From: Candidatus Saccharimonadota bacterium
GTDB taxonomy: Bacteria; Pseudomonadota; Gammaproteobacteria; Johnevansiales; Johnevansiaceae
Reading direction: 5' to 3' (one strand)
Length of the DNA stretch: 32,000 nucleotides
NCBI RefSeq assembly: GCF_902713755.1
Contig: NZ_LR744089.1
Shown: one piece after another, positions 10,413 to 18,175 of the stretch
Layout of the letters: the number at the start of each line of letters is the position of its first letter
Position numbering within the stretch: position 1 is the stretch's first letter
Position numbers and translations under genes: made by a program
Notes under the pieces: generated by a model
Seen by the model: only the letters and a program-made list of their open reading frames with translations
Told to the model about the DNA's origin: nothing
The model's database searches: none

Positions 10413-11351
10413 ATGAATAATTTAAAAAATTATAAAATAATAATTTATAACCAAGTTAATCAAAGATTAGATAATTATTTAATAAAAAGTTTAAAAGGTA
10501 TACCAAACAATTTAATTTATCGTCTTATTAGAAAAGGAATTATAAAAATAAATAATAAAACAGTTAAAGCTAAAAATAAATTACAAATAGGTGATAAAAT
10601 TAGAATTCCTATATTATATAATAATATAGTAAAAAAACAAATAAATATAAATGAAACATTAAAAAAATTTTTAATTAATAAAATTATTTATGAATCTAAT
10701 GATTGGTTAATAATTAATAAACCCTCTGGTTTTGCTGTTCATGGTGGTAGTAATATTAATATTGGTTTAATTGAAGCTTTAAAATTAATTATAAAAGATA
10801 TTAATTTAATTGAATTAGTTCATCGTATTGATAAAAATACTTCAGGATGTTTATTAATAGCTAAATCTATAAAATTTTTACTTTATATTAATTCAGCTTT
10901 TAAAAAACAATATATAGAAAAATGTTATTTAGCTTTAGTAGAAGGTAATTGGCCAATAAATTATACATATATATATGCTCCAATTAATAAAATTAATATT
11001 AATGGAGAATATTATAATATAGTTAATAAATTAGGTAAACCATCATATACTTTTTTTGAAATATGTAAAAAATTTACTGTATTTACATTAATAAAAGTTT
11101 TTCCTATTACAGGTAGAATGCATCAAATACGGGTTCATACTGCATACTTAGGTCATCCATGTTTAGGAGATGAAAAATATGGAAGTAAATTTAGTAAAAA
11201 GTTTTTAAAACTTAAAAGAATGTTTTTACATTCTTATTATATAAGATTTCCAGAAGTTAAAAGTGGCAAAGTTATTCAAATTAAAACAAAAATTGATGAA
11301 GAACTTAAATTAGTATTAACTAGAGCAAATAAATATATTAAGGAAAATATA
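10413..11351 (+). CDS. rluC: 23S rRNA pseudouridine synthase (RluC/RluA family). It has no in-frame stop and reads directly into rpmF.
   Basis: It has an S4 domain (RLDNYL...[15 protein letters not shown]), the catalytic [15 protein letters not shown], and GRMHQIRVH. It is divergent from rne, as in E. coli. The ORF track shows a single 367-aa ORF at 10413..11516. Confidence 0.88.
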
Positions 11352-11516
11352 ATGGCAGTTCAAAAAAATAAAAAAACTCGTTCAAAAAGAGGTATGCGTC
11401 GCTCACATAATGCATTAGTATTACCTACTTTAAATAAAGAAAAAATAACTGGTACTATACATCGTAGACATTATATATCATCAGACGGATATTATAGAGG
11501 TAAAAAAATATTATAG
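11352..11516 (+). CDS. rpmF: 50S ribosomal protein L32
   Basis: 54 aa. [22 protein letters not shown] matches the L32 N-terminus. It has its own AAGGA (11340-11344) 7 nt upstream of the ATG. Confidence 0.93.
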   Translation: MAVQKNKKTRSKRGMRRSHNALVLPTLNKEKITGTIHRRHYISSDGYYRGKKIL

Positions 11517-11519
11517 TTT

Positions 11520-11753
11520 ATGTATAATTTAGAAAAAAAAATTAAATCAATAGTATCAAATAAATTAAATATAAATCCTAAAATTATAAAAACAAATTCT
11601 TTGTTTGTTGAAGATTTAGGTGCAGATTCACTTGATATAATAGAATTAATAATGACTTTAGAAGAAGAATTTAATATTGAAATAAATGATGACAAATCAA
11701 AAAATATAAAAAATATTAAAGATGTTATTAATTATATAAAAAATTATTATTAA
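11520..11753 (+). CDS. acpP: Acyl carrier protein
   Basis: 77 aa. The phosphopantetheine attachment motif LGADSLDIIELIMTLEEEF is present. The start is 3 nt after the rpmF stop. Confidence 0.93.
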   Translation: MYNLEKKIKSIVSNKLNINPKIIKTNSLFVEDLGADSLDIIELIMTLEEEFNIEINDDKSKNIKNIKDVINYIKNYY

Positions 11754-12733
11754 ATGAAGAAAAAAAATGTATTTTTACCTTGGCATAAAAATAAATTAAA
11801 AAAAATTTTATTTTTAATAAAAAAAAAATTATTCCACATGCATTATTATTAATAGGACAACAAGGTATTGGAAAAAATAAATTGGCTAAATTATTAATAT
11901 CAATTATATTATGTTCTAAATTTAATAATAATAACAAAGAATATAAAATAAATAATTATAGTTGTGGAAGTTGCAATCAATGTTTAATGTGGATTAATGG
12001 ATATCATCCTAATGTTAGTAATCTAAGTATAAATATTGATTCAATAAGAATCATTAATAATTTTATTGAAACAACACCACAATATGATGGTTATCGTATT
12101 ATTTTTATTAAAAATGCTTCTAATATGACAATAGAAGCTACTAATGCTTTATTAAAAAATATTGAAGAACCCGGTGAATTTGTTTTATTTATATTAACTT
12201 CTAATTTATTATTATTACCTACTATCACTAGTAGATGTTGTAAAATTTTTTTTAAACCTATATATAAAAATAAATTTGTAGTTTGGGTAGCTTCACATAT
12301 ATATTATTCATCAGAATCAAAGTTATTTTTAAATATAACATGTAATAAACCTTTATTAGCTAATAATATAAATTATATTATAAAATTAAGACAAATATTA
12401 AATATTATTTTTTATAATTTAATAAACGGGGCAGAACCTATTAAGGAAATAAAAAAAATAAAAAAAATTAATATAATTTTTGTTTATGATTTTGGTATAA
12501 TTTTTATTGAAGATATAATTAGATTATTATCTGGTATTAAAAATATAAAAAATTATGATATTATATCATTATATATAAAATTAATAAAAAAAAATATATT
12601 ATTAAATAATTGGTTTCAATTATTATATATAACTTATAAAAAACGGAAAATATTTATTAATAATAAAAATATTAATAATAAATTATTATTAGAAACTTGG
12701 TTAATAAATTTTATAAGGAATATTTTTGAATAA
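11754..12733 (+). CDS. holB: DNA polymerase III delta' subunit, interrupted by a frameshift at an A10 tract (11819-11828)
   Basis: Frame A, from the ATG at 11754, reads MKKKNVFLPWHKNKLKKILFLIKKK... and stops at 11850-11852. Frame B, open from 11795, reads IPHALLLIGQQGIGKNKLAKLL...CGSCNQC...TNALLKNIEEP...TITSRC. Joined at the A-run, the two are colinear with E. coli HolB. Confidence 0.8.
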
Positions 12734-13523
12734 ATTTAAATATTTTTATTATATGTTTATAATTATAGTTAGTATAATTACTATTAATACTTATGCTTCA
12801 TATTATTATGGAGAAAATATTAATTTTACTAAAATTGTACAAAAATCATCTTTTTCAGTAGTCAAGATTTCTACAATAAAAAAATCATTATATTCTATAA
12901 ATATTTTACCTGAAAACAAAATACCTGAAATATTAAAAAAATTTTTTGGAAAAGTATCAGGTATAAATATTGGATATATTTCAAATAATAATGAAGTTTA
13001 TTCTATAGGTACAGGTTTTATTATTAGTAAGGATGGATATATTTTAACAAATGCACATGTAGTAAAGGATTTTGATAAAATTATTGTAAAAATAAAAAAT
13101 AATAAAGATTATTATGCTAAGATAATAGGTATAGATAATAAAACTGATATTGCTTTAATAAAAATTAATGAACAAAATTTACCAGTAATAAATATAGGTA
13201 ATTCTGACAATATAAAAGTTGGAGAAGAGGTTGCGGCTATTGGTTCTCCTTTTGGATTTGATCAATCTATTACTTCAGGTATAGTTAGTGCAATTAATAG
13301 AACTTTACCAAATGATATTTATGTCCCTTTTATACAAACAGATGTAGCTATAAATCCTGGTAATTCAGGTGGGCCTTTACTTAATATACAAGGTAAAGTT
13401 ATTGGTATTAATGCACAAATAATTACACGTAGTGGTGGTTTTATGGGGTTATCTTTTTCTATACCAATAAATTTTGCAATGAATATAGCAAATAAAATAA
13501 AAAATGAATATATAAGTACATAG
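12726..13523 (+). CDS. HtrA/DegP/MucD-family periplasmic serine protease, protease domain only (no PDZ domains)
   Basis: 265 aa. It has an N-terminal signal-like segment and the catalytic triad contexts TNAHVV, DIALIKI and GNSGGPLLN. It ends right after SFSIPINFAMNIANKI, where PDZ1 normally begins. The start is uncertain: TTG at 12726 or ATG at 12753. Confidence 0.85.
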   Translation: MNKFKYFYYMFIIIVSIITINTYASYYYGENINFTKIVQKSSFSVVKISTIKKSLYSINILPENKIPEILKKFFGKVSGINIGYISNNNEVYSIGTGFIISKDGYILTNAHVVKDFDKIIVKIKNNKDYYAKIIGIDNKTDIALIKINEQNLPVINIGNSDNIKVGEEVAAIGSPFGFDQSITSGIVSAINRTLPNDIYVPFIQTDVAINPGNSGGPLLNIQGKVIGINAQIITRSGGFMGLSFSIPINFAMNIANKIKNEYIST

Positions 13524-13575
13524 AGGTTATTATCATTTCAAATAATGGAAAAAATGTTCATACAAAGGAATTAAT

Positions 13576-15201
13576 ATGTTTTATAATTTTGATCATAGAA
13601 AATATTGTTATTTAGATATATTTCCTAAAATAAAAAAAAGAAATTGGATTAAGAAAAAAATCAGTAAAGCACCAATTTGGGTTAGTGAGGATTTAAGAGA
13701 TGGTAATCAGTCTATAATTGAACCAATGGATGTTGAAAAAAAAAAAAAATTATGGACATTATTAATTAATATTGGAATAAAAGAAATTATGGTAGGATTT
13801 CCTTCTGCTAGTAAAGCTGATTTTGATTTTGTAAGATGGTTAATTATAAATAAACAAATTCCTGAAGATGTTACTATCGCTATATTGGTACAAGCAAGAA
13901 AACATTTAATTAAACGTACTTTTGAGTCTCTTATTGGAATAAATAAAGCTATAATACATTTTTATAATTCAACTTCTCCAATTCAAAGGGATCGTGTATT
14001 TAAAACAAACAAAGAAGGTATTATATCAATAGCCGCTAAAGGAGCAAATTATATTTTACAACAAACTAAAAAATATCCTAAAGTAGTTTGGATAATAGAA
14101 TATACTCCAGAAAGTTTTTCTAATACGGAAATTGATTTTTCTTTAACTATTTGTGAAATAGTGATTGATATTTTGAGTCCAAAAAATATATATAAAGTTA
14201 TATTAAATTTACCTACTACATTAGATGTAGCTAGCCCGCATGTTTATGCTGATCAAATAGAATATTTTTGTACTAATATAAGTAAAAGAGATAAAGTTAT
14301 AATATCAGTTCATACTCATAATGATAGGGGATCAGCTGTTTCATCAGCTGAATTAGCTATTTTAGCAGGAGCAAAACGTGTAGAAGGTACCTTATTAGGT
14401 AATGGTGAACGTACTGGAAATATGGATTTAATTACATTAGCTATGAATTTATATAGTCAAGGAATAGATCCTAAGATTGATTTATCTTGTCCAGAAGAAC
14501 TACTAGATATAGTTACAGAATGTACTAAAATACCTATTCATACACGGCATCCATGGATAGGAGAATTAGTGTATACTGCTTTTTCTGGCAGTCATCAAGA
14601 CGCTATACGTAAGTCATTAAAAAAACAAAAACAAAATGAACTATGGCAAGTAGCTTATTTACCTATAGATCCAAAGGATATAGGACGAAATTATAAATCT
14701 GTTATTAGACTTAATAGTCAATCAGGTAAAAGTGGGATGGCTTTTTTGCTTGAAAGAGATTATAAAATTAAATTACCACGTTGGATGATGATTTATTTAG
14801 CACATTTAGTACAAAAAGAAAGTGATAAAAAAATGTTAGAATTATCTAGTTATGAGATATATCATATATTAAAAAATAACTTTTTTTTAGAAACACCATG
14901 GAAATTATTAACTTATATAAAATATAAAAATATTTTAAATATATATATTAATAAAGTGAAATTGAATATATATTATTCAATAATAGATTATAAAAATCTA
15001 CTATTATTATTTATAAGTAATTGGAAATTTCATCAAATTAAATTAATAAATTATTATATACAAAAAATTAATAATTATTATATAGCGTTTATTAATATTA
15101 ATATTAATGAAAAAAACTTAATTGGAATAGCTATAGATATAGAAAAGTTTTCAGTTTGTTTTAAATCAATTTTATCAGCTATTAATGGACTAATGGACTA
15201 A
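13576..15201 (+). CDS. leuA: 2-isopropylmalate synthase, long (type 2) form
   Basis: 541 aa. LRDGNQS, HTHNDRGSAVSSAELAILAGAKRVEGTLLGNGERTGN and FSGSHQDAI are present. The N-terminal extension and overall layout fit LeuA type 2. Confidence 0.93.
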   Translation: MFYNFDHRKYCYLDIFPKIKKRNWIKKKISKAPIWVSEDLRDGNQSIIEPMDVEKKKKLWTLLINIGIKEIMVGFPSASKADFDFVRWLIINKQIPEDVTIAILVQARKHLIKRTFESLIGINKAIIHFYNSTSPIQRDRVFKTNKEGIISIAAKGANYILQQTKKYPKVVWIIEYTPESFSNTEIDFSLTICEIVIDILSPKNIYKVILNLPTTLDVASPHVYADQIEYFCTNISKRDKVIISVHTHNDRGSAVSSAELAILAGAKRVEGTLLGNGERTGNMDLITLAMNLYSQGIDPKIDLSCPEELLDIVTECTKIPIHTRHPWIGELVYTAFSGSHQDAIRKSLKKQKQNELWQVAYLPIDPKDIGRNYKSVIRLNSQSGKSGMAFLLERDYKIKLPRWMMIYLAHLVQKESDKKMLELSSYEIYHILKNNFFLETPWKLLTYIKYKNILNIYINKVKLNIYYSIIDYKNLLLLFISNWKFHQIKLINYYIQKINNYYIAFINININEKNLIGIAIDIEKFSVCFKSILSAINGLMD

Positions 15202-15213
15202 TGGACTAATGGC
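15183..15213. repeat. Tandem 8-mer TAATGGAC x3 plus a partial fourth copy (TAATGGC), spanning the leuA stop codon
   Basis: Read directly: copies at 15183-15190, 15191-15198 and 15199-15206, with a partial copy at 15207-15213. The TAA at 15199 is the leuA stop. Confidence 0.95.
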
Positions 15214-15234
15214 TAATAAATTAGCTTAGCCATT
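15208..15234. terminator. Possible bidirectional terminator hairpin between the convergent genes leuA and cspA
   Basis: AATGGCTAA (15208-15216) pairs with TTAGCCATT (15226-15234), giving a 9-bp stem and a 9-nt loop. A T-rich run follows on the plus strand only. The stem is weak (3 GC pairs). Confidence 0.3.
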
Positions 15235-15254
15235 TAATTAATAATTTTAATTAT

Positions 15255-15461
15255 TTATGATATGACTTTTATAGAAGCTGCTTGAAGGCCTTTTTTTCCT
15301 TGAGTTACTTCAAATGATACTTTTTGACCATCTTGAAGTGATTTAAAACCATCAGCTTGTATTTCAGAAAAATGAGCAAATAAATCTCCTCCACCATCGT
15401 CTGGTGATATAAAACCATAGCCTTTAGTATCGTTAAACCACTTGACAGTACCAGTTGCCAT
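15255..15461 (-). CDS. cspA: Cold-shock protein, CspA family
   Basis: 68 aa. [34 protein letters not shown] contains the RNP1 and RNP2 motifs. Confidence 0.96.
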   Translation of the reverse strand: MATGTVKWFNDTKGYGFISPDDGGGDLFAHFSEIQADGFKSLQDGQKVSFEVTQGKKGLQAASIKVIS

Positions 15462-15562
15462 TTCTATTTCCTTACGTACCTAAAATATTAATATAGCTAA
15501 AGTTTGCAAACTAAAGCAGTTAAATTGCATTAAAAATTACATCTAATAAAGATGTATTATCA

Positions 15563-15592
15563 ATTATAAGTATTATATTATATATTAGTCAA
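15563..15592 (-). promoter_or_regulatory. Candidate cspA promoter (TTGACT-N18-TATAAT on the minus strand)
   Basis: On the minus strand the -35 TTGACT is at 15592-15587 and the consensus -10 TATAAT is at 15568-15563. This predicts a 5' UTR of about 95 nt, consistent with the long leaders of cspA genes. Chance matches remain possible in A+T-rich DNA. Confidence 0.35.
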
Positions 15593-15614
15593 TAGTATTA
15601 TTTTATTATGTTAT

Positions 15615-15643
15615 TTGTGATAAAATATATTTTTTATTATAAA
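15615..15643 (+). promoter_or_regulatory. Candidate promoter for the aroC-leuCDB... run (TTGTGA-N17-TATAAA)
   Basis: TTGTGA at 15615-15620 and TATAAA at 15638-15643, about 24 nt upstream of the aroC ATG. It sits back to back with the cspA candidate promoter. Confidence 0.2.
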
Positions 15644-15666
15644 AAATTTTAATAAGGTAAATATTT

Positions 15667-16752
15667 ATGTCAGGTAATACCTTTGGTAAGTTATTTACAG
15701 TAACTACATTTGGTGAAAGTCATGGTTCAGCATTAGGTGCTATTATAGATGGTTGTCCTCCAGGTATAGAAATAAGTGAAGATTATATTCAAAAACATTT
15801 AAATATTAGAAAACCAGGTAGTTCTAAATATACTACTCAACGGCGTGAACCAGATAAAGTTAAAATATTATCAGGTGTTTTTAAAGGAATTACTACAGGT
15901 ACACCAATTGGATTATTAATAGAAAATGTGGATCAACGTTCTAAAGATTATAATAAAATAAAAAACCAATTTCGTCCTTCTCATGCAGATTATACATATT
16001 ATAAAAAATATGGTATTAGAGATTATAGAGGTGGCGGAAGATCTAGCGCTAGAGAAACAGTAATGCGTGTCGCGTCAGGTGCAATAGCAAAAAAATATCT
16101 TAGTAACTTTAATATTTTTATACGTGGTTATATGAGTCAATTAGGATCAATTAAATTACCTTTTGTTAGTTGGAATGTAGTAGATAATAATCCGTTTTTT
16201 TGTGCTGATCCAAATAAAATAACTTATTTAGAAAAATATATGCAAAAATTACAACGTGATAAAGATTCTATTGGAGCTAAACTTACAATAATTGTTGATG
16301 GAGTACCAATAGGATTAGGTGAACCAGTTTTTGATAAATTAGATGCAGAATTAGCTCATGCTTTAATGAGTATTAATGCTGTTAAAGGTATAGAAATAGG
16401 TTCAGGTTTTTTATCAGTAAATCAAAGAGGTAGTGAACATAGAGATGAAATAAAAAATAAAAAATTTATTTCTAATAATTCAGGAGGTATATTAGGAGGT
16501 ATTTCTAACGGACAATCATTGATTATACATTTATGTCTAAAACCAACTTCTAGTATTACTATACCTGGTAATACTATTGATATTTATGGTAATTCAATTG
16601 AATTAATAACTAAAGGACGGCATGATCCATGTGTGGGTATTAGAGCTATACCTATTGCAGAAGCCATGGTAGCATTAACTTTAATGGATCATTTATTAAG
16701 AAATCGTGCTCAAAATATTGATGTTAAAAATATAATAGGAGGAAAACAATGA
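15667..16752 (+). CDS. aroC: Chorismate synthase
   Basis: 361 aa. [30 protein letters not shown] and [11 protein letters not shown] match AroC. The stop overlaps the leuC start (ATGA). Confidence 0.96.
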   Translation: MSGNTFGKLFTVTTFGESHGSALGAIIDGCPPGIEISEDYIQKHLNIRKPGSSKYTTQRREPDKVKILSGVFKGITTGTPIGLLIENVDQRSKDYNKIKNQFRPSHADYTYYKKYGIRDYRGGGRSSARETVMRVASGAIAKKYLSNFNIFIRGYMSQLGSIKLPFVSWNVVDNNPFFCADPNKITYLEKYMQKLQRDKDSIGAKLTIIVDGVPIGLGEPVFDKLDAELAHALMSINAVKGIEIGSGFLSVNQRGSEHRDEIKNKKFISNNSGGILGGISNGQSLIIHLCLKPTSSITIPGNTIDIYGNSIELITKGRHDPCVGIRAIPIAEAMVALTLMDHLLRNRAQNIDVKNIIGGKQ

Positions 16753-18155
16753 CAGGACAAACGCTTTATGATAAAATTTGGTCTTCTCATCTAATAAAAT
16801 GTCGTGAAGATGGAACCTCCTTAATTTATATAGATCGTCATTTATTACATGAAGTAACATCACCTCAAGCTTTTGAAGGTTTACGTTTAAATAATAGAAA
16901 AATTTGGAGAGTGGATACAAATATCGCTACTGTTGATCATAATGTACCAACTAAATTAGAAGAACGTATAAATGGTATTAATGATGAACTTTCTCGTATT
17001 CAAGTGAAATTGTTAAAAAAAAATTGTAAAGAATTTTCAATAAAAAAATTTTTGAATATAAAAGATGTAAGACAAGGTATTGTACATGTTATAGGGCCTG
17101 AAAATGGTGCAACTTTGCCTGGGATGACGGTTGTTTGTGGAGATTCTCATACTTCTACACATGGGGCTTTTTCTGCTTTATCTTATGGGATAGGTACTTC
17201 TGAAGTTGAACATGTATTAGCAACACAATGTTTATTACAACGTAAATTAAAAAATATGAAAATTTGTATTGATGGATATTTAGCAGATCAAGTCACTGCT
17301 AAAGATTTAATTTTATCAATAATAAATATTATTGGTACAGATGGAGGCACAGGATATGCAATTGAATTTACAGGTAGTACTATTAAATCTTTATCTATGG
17401 AAGGTAGAATGACCATATGTAATATGTCAATTGAAGCAGGGGCAAAAGTGGGTTTAATTGCAACAGATCAAACTACAATTAATTATCTTCATGGACGTAC
17501 GTTGGTACCTAATACATGTTGGCAAGATGCAAAAAACAAATGGAAAAATTTAGTTTCTGATTGGGATGCTATATTTGATAAATCTATAAAAATAAATGCA
17601 AAAAATATTGAACCGCAGGTAAGTTGGGGAACACAACCGGATATGGTTGTTGGCGTAAATGGAAAAATACCTAATCCTAAAAATTATAATAAACATGATC
17701 GTAATAATATAGAATTAGCTATAAAATATATGGGTTTAAAACCAGAACAAAAAATAGTAGATATTAAACTTGATCGTATTTTTATAGGATCATGTACTAA
17801 TTCTCGTATTGAAGATTTACGTATTGCAGCTAAAATTATTATAAATAAGCATATTGCTTCTAATATTAAGCAAGCGCTAGTAGTACCGGGATCAGGGTTA
17901 GTAAAAATTCAAGCTGAATTAGAAGGATTAGATGAAATATTTATTTCTGCTGGTTTTGAATGGCGAGAACCAGGTTGTTCAATGTGTTTAGCTATGAATT
18001 CTGATAAACTTGAATTTGGTGAAAGGTGTGCATCTACTTCTAATAGAAATTTTGAAAGCCGTCAAGGATATGGTGGTAGAACTCATTTAGTAAGTCCCGC
18101 TATGGCAGCTGCTGCAGCTATAGCTGGACATTTTATTGATGTCCGTTATATTTAG
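16749..18155 (+). CDS. leuC: 3-isopropylmalate dehydratase large subunit
   Basis: 468 aa. [47 protein letters not shown], and CSMC plus [10 protein letters not shown] (the Fe-S cysteines) are present. Confidence 0.97.
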   Translation: MTGQTLYDKIWSSHLIKCREDGTSLIYIDRHLLHEVTSPQAFEGLRLNNRKIWRVDTNIATVDHNVPTKLEERINGINDELSRIQVKLLKKNCKEFSIKKFLNIKDVRQGIVHVIGPENGATLPGMTVVCGDSHTSTHGAFSALSYGIGTSEVEHVLATQCLLQRKLKNMKICIDGYLADQVTAKDLILSIINIIGTDGGTGYAIEFTGSTIKSLSMEGRMTICNMSIEAGAKVGLIATDQTTINYLHGRTLVPNTCWQDAKNKWKNLVSDWDAIFDKSIKINAKNIEPQVSWGTQPDMVVGVNGKIPNPKNYNKHDRNNIELAIKYMGLKPEQKIVDIKLDRIFIGSCTNSRIEDLRIAAKIIINKHIASNIKQALVVPGSGLVKIQAELEGLDEIFISAGFEWREPGCSMCLAMNSDKLEFGERCASTSNRNFESRQGYGGRTHLVSPAMAAAAAIAGHFIDVRYI

Positions 18156-18170
18156 GAAATATAGGAAATA
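18153..18170. repeat. Perfect 9-bp tandem duplication TAGGAAATA x2 covering the leuC stop and the leuD Shine-Dalgarno
   Basis: Read directly: 18153-18161 and 18162-18170. The first TAG is the leuC stop. The second AGGAA lies 8 nt upstream of the leuD ATG (18176). Confidence 0.95.
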
Positions 18171-18175
18171 AATAA

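Noticed and set aside
11492-11695. 67-aa ORF antisense to rpmF/acpP
   Set aside because: It is antisense to two highly conserved small genes and is a spurious A+T-rich open frame.
11728-11937. 69-aa ORF antisense across the acpP-holB junction
   Set aside because: The region is explained by the two frames of holB on the plus strand, and the antisense translation has no recognisable features.
13545-13574. 9-codon uORF (MEKMFIQRN*) ending 1 nt before the leuA ATG, considered as a possible leu leader peptide or attenuator
   Set aside because: It contains no Leu codons and no following terminator/antiterminator structure. The spacer is only 52 nt, so it is most likely a chance ORF.
16696-16920. 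74-aa ORF antisense to the aroC/leuC junction
   Set aside because: It is antisense to two conserved genes and is spurious.
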